64,000 nt of DNA from Hespellia sp. (GCA_028689735.1 JAQVCP010000007.1:20962-84961), one strand, 5' to 3'; positions 1-8,821 are shown, counted from the stretch's first letter. The notes: generated by a model not told the origin, from the letters alone. A program made the numbers and translations.

Positions 1-521
1 CTGGTCAGCGCATCCAATGCACCAAGAGGTTCATCCATCAGAATCATCTCCGGCTGATTCACCAGCACTCTTGCAAGGGAGCACCGCTGCCTCATACCAC
101 CGGAAAGCTCGTAGGGCTTCTGCTTCTTGAAGTCCTTCAGCCCGACCAGTTCCAGATATTTGTTGACATTTTCCTCGATTTCCTTTTTGGGAAGTCTTCT
201 TTTCTTCGGTCCGAATGCCACATTATCGTAGATATTCAGCCACGGGTACAGAGGAGGCGTCTGAAACACCACACCTCTCTTCCAGTTTGGACCATTGATG
301 ACTTTTCCACCCATTGTAGCACTTCCCGATGTCGGTTTGTGGAATCCCGCGATAATATTCAGCAAAGTACTCTTTCCACATCCAGAAGGCCCCAGCACAC
401 AGATGAACTCTCCTTTTTTGATATCTAGATTCGCATCCTTCAACGCAAGTACTTTTCCTTTTTCACTGTCATATTCCAGATTGGCATTTTTGATAGATAC
501 AACAATTTCTTCCTGATTCAT
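1..521 (-). CDS. ABC transporter ATP-binding protein, TauB/SsuB/NrtD type (3' end runs off the window)
   Basis: Manual translation from ATG at 521: MNQEEIVVSIKN...GPSGCGKSTLL (Walker A)...LSGGMRQR (signature)...ILMDEPLGALDALT (Walker B); downstream of the SBP and permease genes. Confidence 0.9.
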   Translation of the reverse strand, partial: MNQEEIVVSIKNANLEYDSEKGKVLALKDANLDIKKGEFICVLGPSGCGKSTLLNIIAGFHKPTSGSATMGGKVINGPNWKRGVVFQTPPLYPWLNIYDNVAFGPKKRRLPKKEIEENVNKYLELVGLKDFKKQKPYELSGGMRQRCSLARVLVNQPEMILMDEPLGALDALT

Positions 522-606
522 AGTGGCAGCTCCTTTCTTAATAGACGAACTATTCTGTCAATCATTTGTTTGAAAGACTGTTTTTTCAAATGGTTCTGGT
601 TCATCA

Positions 607-1668
607 CTACTTCGCTGCTTTCACAGCCTCTTCGATGTAGCTTCCGTTTACAGCTTTCTCAAATACGGATTTATCCGGTACTTCTGCGATACTTCCCTGA
701 TCTTTCAGAAATGCTGCGGTATCATACAGGTTCTGAACCAATGCTCCTTTTGCATCGCTGGTTCCAAAATAATCCGCTCCCAGCTGTTCCTCTGCGGTCA
801 GCCAGATCGATCCGCTCATCTGTGACGCTGCCGCATCTGTTGATAATTCCATAGCCTTCGCGATGGTTGAAACCGCTTCATCCTCTGTGTTCTTATACAA
901 ATCGACGGCACCGGATACTGCTTTGATATAGGCAGTCACAAGTTCTGGATTTGCCTCGGCAAATTCGGTTCTTACAAGCTCCACATTAGAGGTCATATAT
1001 CCTGCATCTGCCATATCTGCACTGGTAAGAAGTACTGTTCCATCTCCTAATTCTGTCAGTGTCGGCTCCCATACATATGTCGCATCGATCTGTCCATTCT
1101 GCCATGCCGCATAAATTTCACTGGGCTGCATATCCAGAAGGGTCACGTCACTCTCAGACAATCCTGCCTCTTCCAACGCATGAAGTGCAGAGAAATGTGC
1201 TGTGGATGCAAACGGTGTGGCGATGGTTTTTCCTTTTAAGTCTGCAACGGTTTTTGCCCCGCTCTCATTTCTTGCAACAAAGCTTTCTGTTGCACCTAAT
1301 ACTTCATGTATCCAGATGCATTCCACGCCCAGGTCCTGTGCAATTGCCAGAGTTGCCGGGCAGGAACCTAACAGTCCGAAGTCGATGCTTCCTGAAGCAA
1401 GCGCAGTGTTGACATCTTTTCCAGAATCAAACTGTTTGATTTCTACCTCTACGCCCATCTCCTTTGAAAAGGAATCCATTGCTTTGGCTATACCTTCATC
1501 ATTTGGCATCTCCTGGGTACCTATAACGACTTTTGTTGCTTTTTCTGAGCTTTCAGAGCTTCCGCTTCCAGATGATTTTGATCCGCTGTTTCCGCAGCCG
1601 GAAAGTAATGCCATTGTCATGGTTCCGGCAACAATTGCTGCCAGAATTTTCTTTGTTCTGTTTTTCAT
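607..1668 (-). CDS. ABC substrate-binding lipoprotein, TauA/SsuA-like
   Basis: Lipobox LLSGC, Ser-rich linker, TPFASTAH and DATYVWEP motifs of the TauA/SsuA/NMT1 fold; start re-picked at ATG 1668 behind a GGAG RBS. Confidence 0.85.
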   Translation of the reverse strand: MKNRTKKILAAIVAGTMTMALLSGCGNSGSKSSGSGSSESSEKATKVVIGTQEMPNDEGIAKAMDSFSKEMGVEVEIKQFDSGKDVNTALASGSIDFGLLGSCPATLAIAQDLGVECIWIHEVLGATESFVARNESGAKTVADLKGKTIATPFASTAHFSALHALEEAGLSESDVTLLDMQPSEIYAAWQNGQIDATYVWEPTLTELGDGTVLLTSADMADAGYMTSNVELVRTEFAEANPELVTAYIKAVSGAVDLYKNTEDEAVSTIAKAMELSTDAAASQMSGSIWLTAEEQLGADYFGTSDAKGALVQNLYDTAAFLKDQGSIAEVPDKSVFEKAVNGSYIEEAVKAAK

Positions 1669-1743
1669 AATATGTTCTCCTATACTTCTGTGTATTCGTT
1701 TCAACTTATGTTCTATTGACTCATTCACTTCCAAATGAATCCG

Positions 1744-2517
1744 TTATGCTTTTCCACTCCACGGAACAAATTTCTTTTCGACTAGATTCAACACCACATT
1801 CATCAGAATTCCTGTCACTCCCATAACGATGATTCCCACAAATACGATATCATTTCTCAGCCAGTTCTTTGCATCCAGCACCATCCAGCCGATTCCCACA
1901 TTAGCGGCGACCATCTCAGCAGCAACCAGCGTGGAATATCCAACACCGATGGAAGTCCGAATTCCGGTAAACATGTCCGGCAGGCAAGACGGGAAGATGA
2001 CGGAAAAGAACACCTGCGTCTTACTGGCACCCAATGTGTAGGCACTGTTGATGTGATCCCGGTTAACTCTGACTACTGCTGATACACAGGATACATAGAT
2101 CGGTGCAAAGCAGGCAAGATAAAGCAGTGCTATCTTGGATGCATTATCAATTCCCAATGCCAATACCAGCAGTGTATAATATGCCAGTGGCGGAAGCGGT
2201 CTGTAGAATTCAATGATGGGTTCAAATGCTGCCCTTACCTTTTCACTGAATCCACTGAGCAGTCCCAGTGGAACCGCCGTTACCACCGCAAGTCCAAATG
2301 CCAGGAACAGCCGCTGCATACTGACACCCAAATGCTGTAGGAGCGAATGTCCTTTGTAGTCAATGCAGACACTTAAGAATGCCGCCCAGACTTCATGAGG
2401 TGAGGGAATCAGTTTTTTATCTACCCACCCCAGTTTTGTCGCCACATACCACAATGCCAGAATCAACACCACAACGACAACTGATATCACTTTATTTCCC
2501 GATAGTTTCTTTTTCAT
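1744..2517 (-). CDS. ABC permease, TauC/SsuC type
   Basis: RPLPPLAY, TLGAS (EAA loop) and LVAAEM motifs; six hydrophobic segments; RBS AAGGAG before ATG 2517. Confidence 0.9.
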   Translation of the reverse strand: MKKKLSGNKVISVVVVVLILALWYVATKLGWVDKKLIPSPHEVWAAFLSVCIDYKGHSLLQHLGVSMQRLFLAFGLAVVTAVPLGLLSGFSEKVRAAFEPIIEFYRPLPPLAYYTLLVLALGIDNASKIALLYLACFAPIYVSCVSAVVRVNRDHINSAYTLGASKTQVFFSVIFPSCLPDMFTGIRTSIGVGYSTLVAAEMVAANVGIGWMVLDAKNWLRNDIVFVGIIVMGVTGILMNVVLNLVEKKFVPWSGKA

Positions 2518-2542
2518 TCGCGCTCTCCTTTCACGTTGCTGC

Positions 2543-2878
2543 TTACACTTCATCTGTCAGTTTTCGTGTCCTGACATTGTATGATTTTTCCACAGGACAG
2601 ATGAAGATTTTGCCATCTCCCGGATTACCCGTTGAATTTGCATCCATCAGTGCCTTTACCACTTCATTTTTCCCCTCGTCCGGAACCATGATGTTCAGAA
2701 TCCGCTTTGTCACCAGATTTGTCCTTATCTTCGTGCCGTCAGCCAGAAGAAACGCCACCGGTTTTTTCCCCCGTCCCATGGCTTTCTGACAGGTATATCC
2801 CGGGTAGCCCGCCTCAATCAGCCGCCGCTTGGTCTCTGCCAGTTTTGTGGGCCGGATAATTGCTATAATCTCTACCAT
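2543..2878 (-). CDS. P-II family nitrogen regulator, NifI2-like
   Basis: IIAIIRP, GRGK, STGNPGDGKIFICPV P-II motifs; TKRILNIMVPDE resembles NifI2. Confidence 0.85.
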   Translation of the reverse strand: MVEIIAIIRPTKLAETKRRLIEAGYPGYTCQKAMGRGKKPVAFLLADGTKIRTNLVTKRILNIMVPDEGKNEVVKALMDANSTGNPGDGKIFICPVEKSYNVRTRKLTDEV

Positions 2879-2889
2879 AAAATGACCTC

Positions 2890-3216
2890 CTATAAATCTG
2901 CCGTTTTCGTGCTGACTGTATATGCCTTTTCCACTGGAGTCACAAAGATCCTTCCATCTCCATAGTTACCGTCATCGCCGGTAAATGCATGTTCCATAAT
3001 GATATTTGCGACCGTTTCCTCATCTTCATCCTGAAGAACCATCATCATCATATGTTTTGGTAATTCATCATAAAATGTAGTACCGATCTGAAGCCCCTTC
3101 TGTTTGCCGCGCCCATATACATCCATACGTGTCATTGCCGGGAATCCCGCTTCCAAAAGTGCATCTGCAACTTCATCCGCCTTCTCCGGCCTTACGATTG
3201 CTCTAAGCATTTTCAT
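2890..3216 (-). CDS. P-II family nitrogen regulator, NifI1-like
   Basis: MKMLRAIVRPEK, GRGKQKG, YDELPK, GDGRIFV; YDELPK resembles NifI1; RBS AAGGAGG. Confidence 0.85.
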   Translation of the reverse strand: MKMLRAIVRPEKADEVADALLEAGFPAMTRMDVYGRGKQKGLQIGTTFYDELPKHMMMMVLQDEDEETVANIIMEHAFTGDDGNYGDGRIFVTPVEKAYTVSTKTADL

Positions 3217-3293
3217 AATCTTATCCTCCTTTAGCATTCTTCTATTGTTCAATTCTCTCCCCACACACAGCTGTTTTTGTGCTCTGGACATAG

Positions 3294-3328
3294 AAAAAGG
3301 CGAAGAAATCTCTTATGACCTCTTCGCC
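3294..3328 (-). terminator. Intrinsic terminator-like hairpin 2 in the P-II operon leader
   Basis: Minus strand GGCGAAGA...TCTTCGCC followed by TTTTT. Confidence 0.6.
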
Positions 3329-3373
3329 AAAAATAGAAAAGACATCGATTACCATGTAACCGACGTCCTTGTC
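3329..3373 (-). terminator. Intrinsic terminator 1, overlapped by an ANTAR-like hexaloop hairpin
   Basis: Minus strand GACGTCGGTTAC-ATG-GTAATCGATGTC then TTTTCTATTTTT; alternative hairpin GAC-AAGGAC-GTC (3362-3373) uses the 5' arm. Confidence 0.6.
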
Positions 3374-3396
3374 TTTTATTTATGAACTTGTGATTT

Positions 3397-3425
3397 ATTG
3401 TATCGGACTCAGCAATTATTTACAA
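3397..3425 (-). promoter_or_regulatory. Sigma-A type promoter of the P-II/ABC operon
   Basis: TTGTAA-N17-TACAAT on the minus strand; 18-bp palindrome GCACAAAG-TT-CTTTGTGC (3436-3453) just upstream. Confidence 0.6.
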
Positions 3426-3552
3426 GAGGTGAATTGCACAAAGTTCTTTGTGCTCCGGCACAATTACTGTTCAAATTTCCTTGCTGACTGGTCGGATTCA
3501 AGCATCAACTGTACTTCTATGGCAAACAGAGTCCAAATGTCCCTTCTGCCTT

Positions 3553-5613
3553 CTACAATAAATAGGACTCAAAAATCTGCCTTACCTTCTCCGTCACATA
3601 GTTGCTGCCGCCTTTGTCCTGGACGTCTTTCACCATGGCGACTACCAACAATGGGTTGGTGGTATCTTCTGCGGTTTCACACACGAACCAGCCGTATTCC
3701 GTGGCTCCTGCTTCCGCCTGGCTGCCTTTTGTCTCCGCAGTTCCCGTCTTCCCCAGCAAGGTATAGCCGGGAATCTGTCCCTTTGCTCCGGTTCCGCTTG
3801 GATCTTCGATCACCTGAATCAAATCCTTTCGGATAATCTCTGTACTTTCGGGTGTGAATACCCCTTCCTTCCAGTAAGAAGCACTCATGCCTTCCTCTTG
3901 TCTGATCACCGGAAGAATCATATTTCCACTATTCACAAAGGCAGAATAAATAGATGCCAGATGAATCGGATTCACCTGAACCTGCCCCTGTCCATAACCG
4001 GTATCTGCCAGCTGAATCTCGTTGTCTATCTTCCCGTCGGTCCCGTAGGTGGATGCCGCCGCATCAATATCCAAAGGTATTTCCTCATCAAATCCAATGG
4101 CTTTTAATTGCTGCTGCATGGTATCGGTTCCGATATCCAGTGCTGCTCTTGCAAAATAAATATTGTCCGAATAGACCAGTGCATTTCTCAGATTCACTTC
4201 ATCGCCGTAATCCGTCAGGGTGGTTACATGATAATCGCCCCAACTGGCATCCTTCTGCCAGCTCAGTCCAACGTTTCCCTTATTCTCATCTGGATTGAGC
4301 AGTCCGGTGCTGACACCGATTGCTCCAATCACCGGCTTAAAGGTAGAACCGGGAACCCAGGCTGACGCGTACCGATTGGTCAGTGGCTGGTTCACATCGT
4401 TGTTAAGTTCCTCCCAGCGCGTGCCGGACATTCCAAGAATAAATTCGTTTGGGTCGTAGCTCGGTGTGCTTACCAGTGCTAACAGCTCGCCTGTCTTTGG
4501 ATTCATGGCGACCACGCTGCTTACATCCTCTGCAAAAAGCTGGTAAATGGTCTGCTGCAGATTTGCATCAATGGTCACATGTACATCGCTTCCATCTGCC
4601 GGAGCTGTACTTGCAATGGTCTCCTGTCTCACTCCATCTTCACTTTCAATGTAAATATCACTGCCGGAGGCTGCTTTCAGTGTACTCTCGTATCCCCGCT
4701 CCAGTCCCGCTTTTCCGATGACACTGCTTGCAGCATACCCATCCCCGCTTTTCTTCTCCAGCTCTTCTGCGCTGATTGCCTGCGTATAACCAGTAAGATG
4801 CCCTGTTGACTCCTTGAGCGGATAAACGCGGTCTGTCACATTGGAAATCATGACCCCCGGTATGGCAAGCAATGCATCCTGAGTAACGTTATCATCAAAC
4901 GCCACTGCTTTGATCGGGACAAAGGTATCATCCTTGACATAGGAAGCACTCAGACTCGCCTCAATATCTGCCGGATCCACACCCAGAATGGAGCCGATCT
5001 GTGCCAGTGCATCCTGATGATTCGCCTCCATCTTACCCGGAATCAGACCAACCTGTGCCACAATTCCCTCCTGGGTCAGTGCCACATTGTTGCGATCATA
5101 AAGCTGGCCACGCCGGGCCTCTGTGTTGCTGATTCTGACCTTTTCATTCTCTCCCAGTTCCGGGAAGATATCCGAAGAAGACCACACTACTCTGTAGATA
5201 CCGTCCTCATCTTTTTTCAACTCCATCTCATTATCAAAAGATACTTCTCCCGCACTGGTGTCCATCTTCATTTGATATGAAACGCTTTCTTTTTTATCGT
5301 TTTTTCGCTTCTCATCTGCCGTGACTGTTGCTTTGATATTGGCAGCCTCGATTCCTTCATAAATGTTCCGGTTTCGTTCCGTATATGTCTCCTCAGATAC
5401 ATTTTTTTTCGTGTCTGCATCAAGAAGCTGGTACATTTCCTCATATTTTCCAGCGGACAGAAGCTTGAAATACTGCTTTGCCACCTCCTCCGGATTGGAC
5501 TTCTCCTTGTTTAGAAAAAGTACAATGCCTGCCACTGCGGCAATCACTATGGCTGCAGCTGCAATTGTCAGGACAATAATTTTCATTTTCCCTTTGTTTT
5601 TCATTCTATCCAT
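3553..5613 (-). CDS. Class B penicillin-binding transpeptidase with NTF2-like (MecA_N) N-terminal domain
   Basis: N-terminal TM anchor; GSTFK (SxxK), YSDN (SxN) and GKTG catalytic motifs; RGQLYDRN dimerisation motif. Confidence 0.9.
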   Translation of the reverse strand: MDRMKNKGKMKIIVLTIAAAAIVIAAVAGIVLFLNKEKSNPEEVAKQYFKLLSAGKYEEMYQLLDADTKKNVSEETYTERNRNIYEGIEAANIKATVTADEKRKNDKKESVSYQMKMDTSAGEVSFDNEMELKKDEDGIYRVVWSSSDIFPELGENEKVRISNTEARRGQLYDRNNVALTQEGIVAQVGLIPGKMEANHQDALAQIGSILGVDPADIEASLSASYVKDDTFVPIKAVAFDDNVTQDALLAIPGVMISNVTDRVYPLKESTGHLTGYTQAISAEELEKKSGDGYAASSVIGKAGLERGYESTLKAASGSDIYIESEDGVRQETIASTAPADGSDVHVTIDANLQQTIYQLFAEDVSSVVAMNPKTGELLALVSTPSYDPNEFILGMSGTRWEELNNDVNQPLTNRYASAWVPGSTFKPVIGAIGVSTGLLNPDENKGNVGLSWQKDASWGDYHVTTLTDYGDEVNLRNALVYSDNIYFARAALDIGTDTMQQQLKAIGFDEEIPLDIDAAASTYGTDGKIDNEIQLADTGYGQGQVQVNPIHLASIYSAFVNSGNMILPVIRQEEGMSASYWKEGVFTPESTEIIRKDLIQVIEDPSGTGAKGQIPGYTLLGKTGTAETKGSQAEAGATEYGWFVCETAEDTTNPLLVVAMVKDVQDKGGSNYVTEKVRQIFESYLL

Positions 5614-5770
5614 ACTTCCCCTCCTGGTTCTTTTCATTTATACATTATACTAACACAATTCCGGCCTTTTATCATCTCTATATTCCTTTCTGCTGCTAGT
5701 GTGACACTAGATTCTATTTCTCCCCACATTTCGCTCTATTGCGTCTTTTTGTAAAATATTAAGATATAAA

Positions 5771-5811
5771 TGTCGTGTATACTTGACACATTGTAATATC
5801 AGTGCTATGTT
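5771..5811 (+). promoter_or_regulatory. Promoter with overlapping imperfect palindromic operator (XRE module 1)
   Basis: TGTCGT-GTATAC-TTGACA dyad over the -35; TTGACA-N17-TATGTT. Confidence 0.55.
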
Positions 5812-5841
5812 AATATTATAAATAAAGAAGAGGTGATGTTC

Positions 5842-6075
5842 ATGGCACGCAATATACCAATCAAGGTTGCGAGGGCTCGGCTGGATATGACGCAGAAGAA
5901 GCTTGCAGAAAAAGTAGGTATTTCGAGACAGACGATGAATGCAATCGAGCAGGGAGATTATAATCCGACAATTAAGCTTTGCAGGTCCATCTGCGGAGTA
6001 CTTGGAAAATCATTAGATGAATTATTTGGGGAGGATGAGGAACATGAAGAAGATGAAAAAAACGCAGTTGGATGA
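5842..6075 (+). CDS. XRE/Cro-C1 helix-turn-helix regulator
   Basis: MTQKKLAEKVGISRQTMNAIEQGDYNPTIKL; RBS GAGGTG. Confidence 0.9.
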   Translation: MARNIPIKVARARLDMTQKKLAEKVGISRQTMNAIEQGDYNPTIKLCRSICGVLGKSLDELFGEDEEHEEDEKNAVG

Positions 6076-6511
6076 GATGCAGGAACAAAAGCTTCTAAAG
6101 ATCGAACACAATGGATGCTGGTTTGCTTTCTGGGGACTTTTGGCAATCATATTTATCCAGATACTCCTGGATCATGGAAATGCGGGGCAGAATGTAGCCG
6201 GTGAATGGATTGTTTTCATGTGTCTCTGCATTTACATGTTGATTGCATCTCTGAAAAATGGAATCTGGGACCGCAGGTTTCAACCGACGCTGAAAACCAA
6301 TACTGCATTTAGTGCAGGTGGCGCAGCAGCAATTGCCATATTTAATTCCGTCCTCTCATATGTGAGGTATCACAAAATGGCAGGTTCCATTGCAGCGGGT
6401 ATTTTTATGTTTGTGATGACCTTTGTGATATGTATGATTATGTTCAGCATTACCACAATGATTTATAAGAAACGAAAAGAAAAACTGGAAGACATGGATG
6501 ATGAGGCATAG
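6044..6511 (+). CDS. Four-TM membrane protein (DUF6773-like), coupled to the XRE gene
   Basis: LDEMQEQKLLKIE then hydrophobic helices, KNGIWDR; overlaps the XRE 3' end; family name from recall only. Confidence 0.7.
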   Translation: MKKMKKTQLDEMQEQKLLKIEHNGCWFAFWGLLAIIFIQILLDHGNAGQNVAGEWIVFMCLCIYMLIASLKNGIWDRRFQPTLKTNTAFSAGGAAAIAIFNSVLSYVRYHKMAGSIAAGIFMFVMTFVICMIMFSITTMIYKKRKEKLEDMDDEA

Positions 6512-6568
6512 GATACCTTGTTACATTTTCCATGGTATCTGCAGGCAGTCTCTGTAAAAACAGCAGCG

Positions 6569-6606
6569 ATGGCGGATGTGTTATAAAAAAATAATACATC
6601 CGCCAT
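6569..6606. terminator. Hairpin between convergent genes, probably a bidirectional terminator
   Basis: ATGGCGGATGT...ACATCCGCCAT 11-bp perfect stem. Confidence 0.6.
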
Positions 6607-6658
6607 TGCTAAATTTTTATTGATATCCAGGTCATGTTCTGGTTTCAGAAGCACTTGT

Positions 6659-7015
6659 TCATTCCATCAACAACATCTTCTGGCCTTTTGCACTCAGTCT
6701 ATCATTCAGCCAATGCATATTCGGGGTTTCAAAGCAATAATAAAATTCATATTTTTCTATATATTCAGCCACAATATCTCTATACTCATCTTTCACGGAT
6801 GCCACAATGTTATTTCCATAAGAAACCAAATTACATGCAATCGGTTCCTTGTAATACGTTCTTGCATCTGCTCCTAACCGGAACTCAACAATCACATTTT
6901 CATTCTTTAAGAAATCTTTTGGTTTACAATTCGTGTCTATTGCCGATTGTTTCAAAGCAATATCTAATATTTCCTTATTTGTCATCATCTTTTTTCTCTC
7001 TTCTGCTTTACTCAA
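6659..7015 (-). pseudogene. 3'-truncated GNAT-family acetyltransferase
   Basis: ILDIALKQSAID...CNLVSYGNNIVASV...HWLNDRL matches the N-terminal half of a roughly 250-aa Clostridiales GNAT protein as I recall it; stops after KGQK without the acetyl-CoA-binding half. Confidence 0.6.
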
Positions 7016-7127
7016 TTTACGCGTTGCTCCCCCACCTTACACAGATTTCCTTGGAAGCTGAGGGCATCATTTGTAAGAATTATATCACATGGTCACTAAC
7101 TTTTCGTAACAAATATTGTTTTTATGT

Positions 7128-7145
7128 TGTAAAATATACTTGACA
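7128..7145 (+). promoter_or_regulatory. Imperfect palindromic operator overlapping the -35 (XRE module 2)
   Basis: TGTAAA-ATATAC-TTGACA, same architecture as 5771-5788. Confidence 0.55.
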
Positions 7146-7247
7146 TTTTGGATGTTATATTATATGGTTGATGTAGAAATAATAATGATCATTACACGCG
7201 TAATGAGGTCGAACACTTAAACCGTTTTCCATAAAGGAGGAACCCCT

Positions 7248-7757
7248 ATGAAAACTATGATCCTTATCTCTCTCTACCTTATACTTTGCATCGCCATCTA
7301 TTTTATTACCAGAAAGTTTTTTTCAAAAACAACTCCATCACCATGCGATGAGCGACAACTACTGGCAAGAGGCAACGCTTATAAATGTGCTTTTCTTGTA
7401 TTATTGGGCTATTTAGTGTTATGTATTATCACACAGAACGGTTTTCAGCAACTATTTTTCAGCACCCATGTGCTTTTGGTTCTCGGGATATGTCTTGGAT
7501 TTTTCGCTTTTGCCAGTGTTTCCATCCTTCAAGATGCATACCTGCCTCCTAAAGCAGATTCTAGAAATGCTGCTTTTTGCCTTGGAGCTATCAGCATCTC
7601 TAACATTGGACTGGGATTAACTCTTGATGAGATTAGAATTAATGACGGAATTCTTGAATACGTTCCAATTACTCTTATGTTAGGTATCACACTCTTTCTT
7701 TTATTTTTACTGTTCATCTTCAAACAGTATGTGTTGTCATATTCAGAGGAGGAATAG
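7248..7757 (+). CDS. Membrane protein, XRE-associated
   Basis: RBS AAAGGAGG; DERQLLARGNAYK motif plus about 5 TM segments. Confidence 0.75.
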   Translation: MKTMILISLYLILCIAIYFITRKFFSKTTPSPCDERQLLARGNAYKCAFLVLLGYLVLCIITQNGFQQLFFSTHVLLVLGICLGFFAFASVSILQDAYLPPKADSRNAAFCLGAISISNIGLGLTLDEIRINDGILEYVPITLMLGITLFLLFLLFIFKQYVLSYSEEE

Positions 7758-7759
7758 CT

Positions 7760-7966
7760 TTGAAAAATTTAAGACTAAAATCAGCTCGTGTTGCCTGTGA
7801 CCTGTCCCAACAACAGCTTGCTGACAAAGTAGATGTTACAAGACAAACAATTAGTGCTATCGAAAAAGGTAATTATAACCCCACTCTGAATTTATGCATC
7901 TCAATTTGTCAGACTTTGGGTAAAACCTTAGATGAATTATTTTGGCCTGCAAATGGTCAGCCTTAG
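7760..7966 (+). CDS. XRE/Cro-C1 helix-turn-helix regulator
   Basis: TTG start behind GAGGAGG; LSQQQLADKVDVTRQTISAIEKGNYNPTLNL; paralogue of 5842-6075. Confidence 0.9.
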   Translation: MKNLRLKSARVACDLSQQQLADKVDVTRQTISAIEKGNYNPTLNLCISICQTLGKTLDELFWPANGQP

Positions 7967-7985
7967 CAGTATGGATAATTCTGTT

Positions 7986-8021
7986 CCCCTCACAATGTTT
8001 CGCTTTGAAATGTAAATTGGA
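7986..8021 (+). repeat. 36-bp dispersed repeat, copy 1 (copy 2 at 14891-14926)
   Basis: CCCCTCACAATGTTTCGCTTTGAAATGTAAATTGGA; 35/36 identical to copy 2. Confidence 0.9.
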
Positions 8022-8225
8022 CTGTGTTAAGTGTAGACCTTTTTACCTCTCTCTCCCGTATATCCGAAAGGTAGGAAAATGACGATAAAAGCGGCTATTT
8101 CCACGCTCTTGGAAATGTGGTAGAATAGATGTTGTTAAAAGACATTTTAAAGTTGTCGAATAAAGTTATTTGTTTTTTGCGACGGAGCAATTTTATTCAG
8201 TTGGAAGTTGTAGAGGAGCACTTGT

Positions 8226-8392
8226 ATGATTGGTACAGTTGTGAAAGTGATAGTTGATAGACCATTAGGGAGCTACCATCCAGAACACAAAGATATGTTT
8301 TATCCTATAAACTATGGATATGTTGAAGGAATTGTTGCGCCAGATGGGTTTCTTTTACAGAGAAGCATTTTGAGTCAGATGTAATAATGTAA
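8226..8392 (+). pseudogene. Internally deleted small inorganic-pyrophosphatase-like gene
   Basis: MIGTVVKVIVDRPLGSYHPEHKDMFYPINYGYVEGIVAPDG joined to an out-of-frame C-terminus TEKHFESDVIM*; the central part is missing. Confidence 0.7.
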
Positions 8393-8396
8393 GTTT

Positions 8397-8418
8397 CAGT
8401 TTGCATTGCGGAAAATTT
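8397..8418 (+). repeat. 22-bp intergenic junction repeat, copy 1 (copy 2 at 13755-13776)
   Basis: CAGTTTGCATTGCGGAAAATTT, exact in both copies; each sits between a stop codon and GAATTTG plus RBS. Confidence 0.9.
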
Positions 8419-8446
8419 ATGAATTTGGCAGGGGAGGAATGAATAA

Positions 8447-8821
8447 TTGATATTCTTAGGTGTCATCTGTATAGTCTCTGCTTTATGTATTCTATATTTA
8501 AAATACAGAGTGGTTTTTACAGGAGAAAAAAGCAAAGGGAAAATTATTGGCATGGTAGATGAAAATACAGGATATCGCGTGGGCGGTGTATCTGTGAAAA
8601 AGCACTCTTACATAGTGCAAATTAAGCATAAAAATTACTATACGGCTCATGGGTGTATATTTGTTTCATTTTCAAAAAGAAAGATTGGAAATGAAATCTT
8701 TGTTTTTAAAAATGAAAAGTATGGAAATGAAGTTTTCGAGTGTTTTGATTTTCGCATAGAAGTATGTTCTATTTTGATGCTGTTATTTAGTGTCTTCTGC
8801 ATTTATGAAGGGCTGATATAA
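8447..8821 (+). CDS. Small AT-rich membrane protein, hypothetical
   Basis: RBS GGGGAGG; N- and C-terminal TM helices flanking a beta-rich soluble part. Confidence 0.65.
   Translation: MIFLGVICIVSALCILYLKYRVVFTGEKSKGKIIGMVDENTGYRVGGVSVKKHSYIVQIKHKNYYTAHGCIFVSFSKRKIGNEIFVFKNEKYGNEVFECFDFRIEVCSILMLLFSVFCIYEGLI

Noticed and set aside
8019-8060. GGACTGTGTTAAGTGTAGACC as an IS terminal inverted repeat
   Set aside because: No matching second end and no transposase ORF in the window; cannot be supported
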